A DNA stretch of 64,000 bases, taken from Psammoneis japonica (taxonomy: Eukaryota). The stretch lies in contig QPGO01000035.1 in assembly GCA_008632985.1 (NCBI GenBank), positions 483,899 to 547,898 on the forward strand, given 5' to 3'. A model generated the notes under the pieces. The model was not told the DNA's origin, made no database searches, and worked only from the letters and a program-made list of their open reading frames with translations. Shown here piece by piece: positions 11,000 to 20,999 of this stretch. Position 1 is the stretch's first letter. Each line of letters starts with the position of its first letter. The position numbers and the translations under genes are program-made.

Positions 11000-13450
11000 T
11001 GCTGTGACAGAAATGGGTTGCCAATTTTTTTGTGTTTGCTTTTCATTGATTTGGACAATTGCACTAACTTGACTGGTTGTCCCAAGTGATGCTTTCCACA
11101 TGTTGCCGCCGCGTTGCAACAATGTTGCACATCTACGTGCCTTAGAATGGACAGATTGGGCTTTGGACTTTGACATCACTGTGTCTGTTTGTGATTTGAC
11201 AAACAGATGCCACAGGCTTTTGGTGGAACCGGGGGGTGGTCCCAGAGCTGCAATGGTTGGATGCTCCATCAATTCCTGAGAAAAGAACTGGCAGCAATGC
11301 AACGGATTGTCGCTGCACATCCAGGAAGTGTGACAAGAATGACCAATGCGGCATGCATTTTTGCATCCTGAAACACTGCCGGTTGCTTGAGCAGCATTGA
11401 CTGCATTGCCCAACAAAGTCACGTTGTGCACAATCATGCACTTGAAACAATGCTGATCTCCCAGTTGGACTCGGCAGACAGGAGGAGATTCTTGCGCTTG
11501 AATTACAGACACAAGTGGGACAGACAAGACATTCATCCCAAATGCGGGGTTCTTTGTTTTGTGGCCTGTGTGTTTCAGAACAAATCCAAGAGGACACCAT
11601 GCTTCAAAACAACGGCGGGAAGATGCATTGATGAAAGTTGTGAAGCAAACAAATGGCTCCATCAAATGAGGTGTGACCTGTCCTTTCCCAGTTTTGTCTG
11701 TGCAGAACAAAACAAACACATGAAAGGAACCTCACACAGCAGGAATGTGACCACCACGCAAACAGTTGCTGCAGGTTTCTCCGTCCTTCATTTTGGCTTT
11801 GTCCCAAAGTTTTCAGTCACCATTCTTGTCCAGCAAGGGATTGCTGGACAGCTCCTGAGACCAACGTGAATCAGGATTGATGTCTGGATGGGAGAGATCT
11901 GCAAAAAAGGGTTCATCAAACAAATCCTGCAGTTGAAGGGAAAAGTCGCACACAGGGACACCGGGAGAAATCTCCTGGGGCGGGTCATTTTTGAATTGGT
12001 TGACGATGGACACGGACTCAAGTTGGACTCGCTTCAGCACCGGAGCAACAACACTGGGCAACATTGGCTTGAGCTTTGACATGAAAGTTCAAGAAGAGGG
12101 AATTTGTCGGACAACAGACAACCCACCACTCAAGAATTCCTCTTGCACAGTTCTCAGAAGTTCATTGGTTGCGCTGGTTGGGACACCCTTGGAGCAACAC
12201 AGACCCAACATGTGGACCATGGAAATGGTTTTGCTGTTGTGAACTTTGGGCACAACAAGGTCCTTGTTGGCGGAAAGGTGGCCCACTTGATCCAGTGCAG
12301 CAAACAAGCCTAATTCGGCGAACTCGGTGGCAGCACCCGGGGGTGTCAAAAAAGCGGATGCACCTTCATGAAATGGATCAGAAACAAATTTTTTGTTGTC
12401 AGGGAGAACTGGTGTTCTGAAACATCATCGGGTTGGGGCACAACGCCGTTGGAAAAGCACGACTCCAGCACAGATGAAACTGCACGATTAAAGCACAATG
12501 GCCGGTGATTGAGTCCAGTGCAACCTTGTGGAGTTGGCCCGGTGCTGGCATCAGACCCAGTTACAACAAATTGAATGGGAGGAGAGAAGAGGGTGGATGA
12601 GGCAGCAACGTCCCCTGGGTCTTCAGATTCTGCCGTTGGCAGGTGTCCGCCATGAGCGTTGTGTCACAGCTGGGAAGAAACGGCCAACAGGCTTTGAGAA
12701 AAGGAGAGTTTGCAAGGGAGACAAGTTCTCAGGTGGTGCTGAAGGCCAGTTGGGAGGAAATGTTTGCCACAAATGGGACAATCATTTCCAACAATGGAGG
12801 GGGGTGCCATTGTTCATGTTCTTGCAAGAATGTTGAGATGAGAATGTGTGGTGCGAGCCACGTGGTAAAAACAATGCATGGCAGGTGACAAGATTGTGTT
12901 GGATGAGTCAACTTGCATGTCAGCGTGCAACATTGTGCATTGATTTAATGCACAACATTGGTTCTCTGAACACCGGCATGCAGTGCTTGCATCAAATGGT
13001 TGACACCACAAGACAAATCGGGCTGTCCGCAGCAACGGAAATTTTGCCATGCTTGCACGCATCTCAGATCTTTGCCCTCCCAGATGAAGGTTGGAGTGCC
13101 AGTGGCATTGGGAGAGACAGTTGGGTGCCTGTGGCATTTGCAGCCTTGGCTTCACCAAGCTTGTTGTCCTTTGTGGGTGGAATGAGGACCTCATTCACAA
13201 AATCAATCACACTGTTGCTGGCCAACAGGTCCGACTCTGGACCACAGCAGCATCTCCAATTGCAAGGAAATTCAAAGATGTGACTGAAAGGGATGCGCCA
13301 TTCAAGGCATCCATCGGCCACCCTTGACAAGATCAGAACTCGTGGCAACCTCATCACCCAAAATTGGCAAAGCACAAGAGTTTGTGCAAGAGTGAGCAAA
13401 CCAACAAAACAAGACAAACGAGTGGGCAGACAGCAACATCGACAGATCCA
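11000..13450 (-). mobile_element. Plavaka-like transposase remnant
   Basis: VPVCDFSLQLQDLFDEPFFAD and FVLFCTDKTGKGQVTPHLMEPFVCFTTFINASSRRCFEAWCPLGFV match the Plavaka pattern LFIDKT...LEP..FT..IFN...R....AWRPLGY; fragmented. Confidence 0.65.
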
Positions 13451-13521
13451 GTCATGCTTGCCACGACACTTAAAAAGTCAGTCAACTCATCTGTGTTGGC
13501 CGGGTCCATGACTTTGCCAAG

Positions 13522-14037
13522 TCATGTACAAGGAAGTTTGGCAAAGGCCTCATTGGTCAGAGCAAACAGGGTAAAAGCCCCGTCCTGACGGAACAACGAA
13601 GCAACACCCACGGAATTCACAAATTGCAACAAAATGGAAAGATCTGGTGCACTGTAAATCACTTCTAAAATGTTCACACTCATGGATTTAGGCATGAGAA
13701 CGTGATCAACAGCATGGATCATCACACCACCACTCATCAAGGTGTTGACAACAGCAACATGGGCCTCATTGTCAATGGTCGTGCTGGGTTCGAGGCTGTG
13801 ATCACGGTGATGTCTTCACCGTTGAGCGTTCCAGGTGTTGGCCGAGCGTGGCAGGCCCACATCCACTTTTTGAACTTGGTGCCCCCGCGCACTCATTGGA
13901 GGGTTGTCATCAAAGGCCGTTGGGAGGAGAAGCAAAAAGTGTTGTGAGCAGCGGTCACACCGCCTTGGTCGCATACAAGAAAGAAAACAACTCCAACAAG
14001 ATGTAGAAAGGTAAAGTAGCAACAACCCTTTGAACAA
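13522..14037 (-). pseudogene. Fasciclin (FAS1) protein pseudogene, 5' part
   Basis: Signal-peptide-like MFKGLLLLYLSTSCWS at 14037; downstream in another frame GGVMIHAVDHVLMP...NILEVIYSAPDLSILLQFVNSVGVASLFRQDGAFTLFALTNEAFAKLP (FAS1 H2 then H1); truncated at the TE block. Confidence 0.7.
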
Positions 14038-14128
14038 AGAGCGGAGATGGAAAAAAATCTAGTGCATTTTCTATGGTACAACCTGCTAAAACCTACGGCT
14101 GTCCTATGGAGGCGCTGCGTTGAGGCTC

Positions 14129-15217
14129 TCACTCCGTCTTTAGCCGACTGGGGCTGGTGGGAGGGCTGTCGAGCGTTACACCCAATGCAATGAAGTATTT
14201 ATCGAAGCTGGCATTCAGCATCTTGAGCATGAACTTCGTGAGCGGCTGAGGGTTCCCATCTTGCCACTGCATAACTGCGTCCAAATACTGATTACGCTTT
14301 TTGTTGAGCACAATGAGGTATGGGTACTTCGCTCGAAGCAGTACAAAGTTCATGAGGAGTCGTGCCATCCTTCCGTTGCCATCTTTAAATGGGTGGATAC
14401 GAACAAAGATAGAGTGACATGTAATAGCGAGAAGGAAAGGATGCGTATTGTCGTTTTTCGCAAGCCACTCGAGAAACTGCTTGACCAAGTCCTCTACTGC
14501 GAGAGGTGGGGCCAATAGCACTTTCACTCCGTTGATTAAGGCAAGTTCTTCGCCTGATCGAAGAATACCTCCAATGCTAGACTCATGCATTACCATTTTG
14601 TGTAAGGACAACAGATGCTTCACAGTGAGCTTCTCATCAGCATTCACCATTCGGACAATCTCCTTCAGCGCTTTGTCATGGCCAATAATTTGATGGAATT
14701 CTGCTTGCGTAACCTGCTTCTGGAAGCGCGGGATCATAATTCCTGCCAAGATAATTGTTGTTTCTCGAGCTGTGATTTTATTCCCCTCAATAGCATTAGA
14801 GTTGAAGGTCATGTCCTCCCCTAGAGCTTTGGTGATCTTTGATACAGTTTCGTAGTCAAACGGTCTAAGAGACACCAGCTTTTCTTTCTTTCGTGTCAAC
14901 TCGTCCAATTTCGTGTCATCTTCCAAATTTGCCACTCTGGTGAACAAGCTTGCATAGTTGGCAAACTCCTGAGCACCAGATGTATCGTTCCTGTTTTCGT
15001 AGAGCTTATTATGCTCCGCAACCACCCACTCCGAAACATCCTTGTACAGCGCCTCTCGCTCCTGTGCAGCTGCCACCGCTCTTCGCTGCAACAAAATCAA
15101 AACAAAAAAGAAACCTATGACAGCGTACCACCCCCCAAGAAAGTTAAGGACTCCAAATGTCGCATGGGCTACGGCAGCGACAATAGACAGAAGGAGGAGC
15201 GGAGTAAACAAATCCAT
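14129..15217 (-). CDS. Fic/DOC-domain AMPylase with N-terminal hydrophobic helices (class II, FICD-like)
   Basis: Intact 362-aa intronless ORF with catalytic HPFKDGNGRMAR, upstream inhibitory motif SNAIEGN, and two N-terminal hydrophobic segments. Confidence 0.92.
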   Translation of the reverse strand: MDLFTPLLLLSIVAAVAHATFGVLNFLGGWYAVIGFFFVLILLQRRAVAAAQEREALYKDVSEWVVAEHNKLYENRNDTSGAQEFANYASLFTRVANLEDDTKLDELTRKKEKLVSLRPFDYETVSKITKALGEDMTFNSNAIEGNKITARETTIILAGIMIPRFQKQVTQAEFHQIIGHDKALKEIVRMVNADEKLTVKHLLSLHKMVMHESSIGGILRSGEELALINGVKVLLAPPLAVEDLVKQFLEWLAKNDNTHPFLLAITCHSIFVRIHPFKDGNGRMARLLMNFVLLRAKYPYLIVLNKKRNQYLDAVMQWQDGNPQPLTKFMLKMLNASFDKYFIALGVTLDSPPTSPSRLKTE

Positions 15218-15339
15218 AGTTGTAGTTTTACTGGTTGCGCGTTGCTGTCATGTCGAAGAAAAGAAGAAAATTGAACCAGCCAACAGTGCCAGTCGGTCGT
15301 CGGCTGTCAACGAAAAATCGCGCGCACAATAATTAATAA

Positions 15340-16603
15340 GGGTGGGAAATCCCTTGTGTTTTCGACATATATTCGCAAAAAGCATGAAAAATAACTAATA
15401 TTTTAATCATTTATGACGCAAATATGGAAAAAATATACCGACGCGTTCTGCGCTCACCGTGCAAACAACACGACAATGGCCGAAATGCCGTTCGTTCTCG
15501 GAAACTGAGTGGGTCAGCCTCCAAACTTTCTCACAGTATATCGCATTTGATATGGACAACAAACTTATGAAGAAAGTTTGAGGCTTACCCACCTACATTG
15601 CGTTCAACGAACGGCATTTCGGCCATTGTCGTGTTGTTTGCACGGTGAGCTCAGCATTCGCGCTCAAGCCTTTTGAACGTTTTTCCATAAATTGCACGTA
15701 TTCGCGAAAAACACTGTCTTATTTTAGCAGTTTTTCCTTTGAAATTTCTATAATTCACCCCAAAACAAGGGGGTTCCCAGCCTTGTTTTTCGCGAGACGT
15801 GCAATTTATGGAAAAACGTTCAAAAGGCTTGAGCGCGAATGCTGAGCTCACCGTGCAAACAACACGACAATGGCCGAAATGCCGTTCGTTGAACGCAATG
15901 TAGGTGGGTAAGCCTCAAACTTTCTTCATAAGTTTGTTGTCCATATCAAATGCGATATACTGTGAGAAAGTTTGGAGGCTGACCCACTCAGTTTCCGAGA
16001 ACGAACGGCATTTCGGCCATTGTCGTGTTGTTTGCACGGTGAGCGCAGAACGCGTCGGTACATTTTTTCTATATTTGCGTCATAAATGATTAAAATGTTA
16101 GTTATTTTTCATGTTTTTGCAAATATATGTCGAAAACACAAGGGATTTCCCACCCTTAAGGCTGGGAACCCCCTTGTTTTGGGGTGAATTTTAGAAATTT
16201 CAAAGGAAAAACTGCTAAAATAAGACAGTGATTTTCGCGAATACGTGCAATTTATGGAAAAACGTTCAAAAGGCTTGAGCGCGAATGCTGAGCTCACCGG
16301 GCAAACAACACGACAATGGCCGAAATGCCGTTCGTTTAACGCAATGTAGTTGTGGCGGCCTCCAAATTTCTTCATAAGTTTGTTGTTCACATCAAATGCG
16401 ATATACTGTGAAAAAGTTTGGAGGCTGACCCACTAGTTTTCGAGAACGAACGGCATTTCGGCCATTGTCGTGTTGTTTGGACGGTGAGCGCAGAACGCGT
16501 CGGCACATTTTTTCCCCATATTTGCATCATAAATGATTAAAATGTTAGTTAGTTTTCATGCTTTTTGCAAACACATGTCGAAAACACAAGGGATTTCCCA
16601 CCC
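15340..16603. mobile_element. Array of three ~445-bp MITE copies (PIF/Harbinger-Tourist-like): A 15340-15782 reverse, B ~15786-16155 5'-truncated, C 16160-16603
   Basis: Imperfect TIRs GGGTGGGAAATCCCTTG / GGCTGGGAACCCCCTTG, flanked by TAA/TTA(A); near-identical internal sequence; an internal ~47-bp inverted repeat (gctcaccgtgcaaacaacacgacaatggccgaaatgccgttcgtt). Confidence 0.8.
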
Positions 16604-16648
16604 TCAACGACGAGTCGTCGAGTGCGAGTCGTCCCTGCCTGCTCCGAA

Positions 16649-16870
16649 CAAAAGTGGCAGTGCAGTGCGGCGCTGTGTTTTGTGGATTGGTGTGCTGTGC
16701 CAGCCGTCACAGGTCATTTGTGACGTGTCATCGGAGGGAAACTTTTCTGTGGCTCACTTGTTGCATGATCAAGTTGCAACAGGCCTGTTGGAGCATTCTG
16801 TTGATTGTTGCATCACATCCCACTGGCACTGTGAGCAGCTGAGCCACTTGGCAGCAGGATTTGTTCGCTT
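16649..16870 (+). repeat. 5' LTR of the Copia remnant
   Basis: aaagtggcagtgc...ggcactgtgagcagctgagccacttggcagcaggatttgtt aligns with 19690-19925. Confidence 0.8.
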
Positions 16871-19689
16871 TGTCAGAGGTCAGAGCCACAGTCCTCGCTC
16901 GCGCTTGGTGAGTTCAACGACTTCATTGAATGGTTTGGTCATCTGGCATGGATGGTGTGAAGCATGCCAATCAAACCAAAGGGTGCACGATGATGTTTCA
17001 TTGCCTGGCACAAGTGTGCACACAGACAGTGGGGACAGGGCCCGCCGTTCCCGTGCTCACAAGGCTTCGTGTTGCTGCCAACATGGTGGCTGAAACATCA
17101 CTGTGATGAAGTGTGCCTTCCAACACAACTTTCTCCACTCCTTGCACTCACATGACACAGGCATCACCATGGTGACTGCTCCTCCAAACCCCATTGAAGC
17201 TGTGTGTGAGCAGATTGGTTTTGTCGTGCCTGCTCAGCGGGCATCGATGATGGCCGATTTGCAGTCTTTCGACAATGCAGCTGACCTCAAGGAGGGCAGT
17301 GTCAACTTCCTGGCATCCTTGCATGCAAGAAGGACAGTGGCTGAAGGGTGTTTCCATTTTGGATTTGCCCACACCCATTGTCTCAAGGCACTGATCCACA
17401 TTGTTTCCAAGACTTCCAGTGGTGTTGGCGAGACTCCAACTCTTGCGGGTTTGGACCAAGTGTCATTCCATGATGTGCTGCAAGCAGCTCTCAGTCAGGC
17501 CAAGATTTGCGTCCAGCAGAAAGAGCAGGCAGATTCTCTGGCTCAAGAGGCTTCTCTTGAACTCTCAAAAAACAAGAAACAGTGGCCTGAGTGGAGCACT
17601 GCTCTCAAGAACTTGTTGGGCACCATGCCAGGCGTGAATGGTGTGCCACTGATTTACGTGATCCAGGACAACAACAACCCAGACCCTGACGGGCATGCAA
17701 CTTTTGTCCAGAAGTGCGCTGCTTGTGCTCCTTTGGACAGACACCAGTCTTTGAAGCCAATGCTTGCACTGTCAATCAGTTGATCGTTTCCTTCACAAAA
17801 GGAGCAGCCCGTGAACAGTGGACAAAGGAGGATCATCTCCTCCAAAACTGTTGTGTTGACCATTGCAATCTGGAGGACCATTGCCAGGATGAAGGCAATG
17901 CCACCCGTCACATCTCAGAAGCTGAGAGGTTGGAAACCACTCTCTTCCACAGCAAAGAATGTTCTCTGACTTTTGAGGTGTTCATCAACAAGCTCCAGGA
18001 AATGTTCGACATCTTTGAGGAGAATGATGAACCCAAGACTGACACTCAGAAGTTGTGCATTCTGTTTGAGAAGACGCAGCACCAACAACTTCAGGCAACC
18101 ATTGAGACCTTCAAGGTGCAGAACAAGTTTGGAGGAGGCATCACATTTGCAACCATGGCCAACCATCTTGCTGCCAAGGTTGTGACCTTGCCGGAGACGA
18201 TGTCACACTGTTGTGTGATTTCATCAGTTGCTTCTGGTGAAGGCAGTGATCCCAGCATCTGTGACCCTGATTGTTCCATTGACACTGGGCTCCACAAGAA
18301 TTGGAGTGACTTGAGTGCAGAGGACAAGAAGAAGGTTGCAGATGAGCATGTGCATCTCCAGGTCTCAAGAAGAAACCTGGGAACCCCAAACGATGTGCTG
18401 CATTGGTCAAGTTGCTGAAGAAGAAGAACCAGAAGCTGTCATTACAGCTGACACTGGCAAACCAGAAGATTGCAGCTCTGAGTGTGCCAATCCAACTGGC
18501 TCTGGTTCCAGCGAGGGCAATGAAGGGGCTGACAGACAGCACCAAGGTGACAGTGGTGGAAACAATGCTGGAAATGTGTTTGGGGGATGCAACGAAAAAC
18601 AGGACAAGTGTGGCGGTGGTTGCAACTGACTGGTGTGCTGGGCCTTGCTCTCTAGCATCATCCAGTGTGCTTTGTGGATTGCACAATGGGGTGGGGGGCA
18701 GCATTGCCAACATGTTTGCCGATGCATTGGGGAGATTGCCGCTTCACCCAGGCACGTCTCAGCAGCACATACAAAGCAACAAGGCACCCACATGCGTCAG
18801 AATGACCAGGCAAAGCATGGGCAATTAGAGTTGGACTTGCATGCTGACACTGCTGTTTTTGGTCAGAATTGTTCCCTCTCAGGTTGTTCTAGATGCAAAT
18901 GTGATGTGTCACCTTGCAATGATGAGTGCGCCTCACTGCACCATGCAGAGAAAGGATCTGGACCCGCGCTGGTCTGGAATTTGGCAAGTGGTGAGGTTGC
19001 ATCATGCTTGTGGTCAGAGCTCTCTGTCCCACCAAATGTGCCACCACCTCAAGGCAAGTGTGTGTCCACACATCCTTTTGTTGACGCTTGCCATGCTGGG
19101 AATGTTGCAGACCATCACAGCCACACAGGTGTCTTGATCTTCTTGTGTTGGGCCCCAATTGTCTGGCACTCAAAGCATCAGAATGTGGTGGAGGCTGGCA
19201 CATTTGGTGCAAAGATGATGGCTCTCAAGACTGCTGTTGAGCCAATTGAGGCCCCAAGGTGCAAGCTTTGGATGTTTGGGGTTCCCATTGAAGGCTCTGC
19301 AAACATTTTCTGTGACAGTGAAGCTGCACACAAGAATTGTTCCATTTTTAAATCGACCCTGAAGAAGAAGCACCATTTGATCGTGCATCATTGCAATCAT
19401 GAAGCAGTGGTGGCTGGGACAGTTGGGATTGCAAAAGAAGATGTGGAGACAAACTCTCTGATCTGTTCACCAAGGTCATGACATCCATTTGACAAAAAAT
19501 TTTGTTGGACAAGTTCACTTGTTGTTTGGTGATTTGACAGTTGTCCGTGTGCATGCCCAGGGCGGTGGTGATGTTTTCCCCCAGTGTGGGTTGACACCAT
19601 GTCCAAGGTTTGGGTTTCATTTCACATTGACTGAATTGTCTCTCTCAAGCTGGACCACAGCTTGCCAGGAACACTTCAAGGGGACCAAA

Positions 19690-19925
19690 TGAAAGTGGCA
19701 GTGCGGCACCATGTTTTGTGGATTGGTGTGCCGTGCCAGTCATTGCAGGTCATTTGTGACATGTTGTCAGAGAGAAACTTTTCTGCGGCACTCCGGGAAC
19801 TTGTTGTGATCACTTGTTGCATGATTGAGTTGTGACAGGCCTGTTGAAGCATTCCATTGATTGTTGCATTGCATCCTGCAGGCACTGTGAGCAGCTGAGC
19901 CATTTGGCAGCAGGATTTGTTTGCC
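19690..19925 (+). repeat. 3' LTR of the Copia remnant
   Basis: Starts TG directly after the purine tract; homologous to 16649-16870. The right boundary and TSD were not resolved. Confidence 0.8.
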
Positions 19926-20999
19926 TGTGAGAAAATGCAGCTAGTTGTTTCTACATCCAGGTTTGTGAACCCAAACTTGGGTTCACTTCTGGTGAGACTT
20001 GGCTGGAACATTGAAGAACAGTCCAGCTGGCACCAAGCAGGGGAAAACTCCACCGCTTGTCAGGAGGCTTGGGTCATTTCGCCATTGTGTGACTGTGCAA
20101 TCATGTTTTGAAGATCTGTTGACCCCCCGCCCAGCATGAAATGGGTCCGATTCGGCACTCAACAGCTGTTTGATGCACTCTCAACCACAGTGCCCAAGCA
20201 GTTTCATTGCTGAAAATTCTGACAAGACTGATCTTTGTTGAGAACAGTTCTGGTGGTCAGCCAGCAGCATTTTAATGACCATGAAGAACCTTTTCTGTCA
20301 TCAAGTGCTTGCTCTTGTGGAGCTGGTTTGTTGACAGCCTTGCTGCATTGGAGCCAAGTGATGGTGGTGAAGAAGATGATGATGATGAAGACAACCACAA
20401 TGACTTCAACAAAATTCCAGAACATGCCGGTGCAGCTGTGCTTCAAGCTTGCAAACTTTAGAGACTTTGGAGACATTGCATCATGCGTTGTTGTTGTCAC
20501 CCTGCTTGGTCTTCCTTTTTTTCTTCTTGGGCAGTGGACTGTCATCTTCTGTGTCAACTGAACAGCTTTCAACAACCATGGCACTGATGATGCTTTGCCC
20601 TGTCATGGGAATTCTCTGAATCTCCCAAGAGCTCCATCACTTGGGCCAGCTTTCCATTGCAGTTCTTCTCATGCTTCACAAGGAACCTCTGCAAGAAGCC
20701 AGTGTGGCAAGCGTCAATGCTGCGCTGTTGTCATTTGCTGGTTCTGCCATTGCCATCTCCATGGTGCCTGCTTGCTCTCTCCTGCTGAACAACTCTGTGT
20801 TCACTTGTTGGCTGTCATCAAAAAGCAAAAACCAAGAAAGGACCCATCAGTTCCAGGAGTTTGGTTGAGTCACACCACAAGTGTTGTTTGCAGCAACTCA
20901 TCACAACTTCCAGCTGCTGTGACTGTGGCAGAGGCCTGTGTCTTGCTTGCAGGAAGTCTCACCCTCAGTCATCAGGGTGGCATTGTTGCTTGTTTCCCC

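Larger units (their letters stand above)
16649..19930 (+). mobile_element. Internally deleted, decayed Ty1/Copia (CoDi-like) LTR retrotransposon
   Basis: LTR-like direct repeats at ~16649-16870 and ~19690-19925; purine tract aaggggacc before the 3' copy; gag remnants (RRTVAEGCFHFGFAHTHCLKALIH, GVNGVPLIYVI); RNase H remnant FVDACHAGN...HTGVLIF...APIVWHSKHQNVVEAGTFGA...FCDSEA...STLKKKHH. Confidence 0.85.

Noticed and set aside
8622..11142. Possible degenerate TIR pair at ~8622-8640 and ~11125-11142
   Set aside because: Only matches after assuming many CA/TG reversions; too weak to call.
15440..16500. Recurring ~47-bp repeats as a CRISPR array
   Set aside because: They alternate in orientation, the intervening sequences are themselves repeated, there are no cas genes and the context is eukaryotic; they are MITE-internal inverted repeats.
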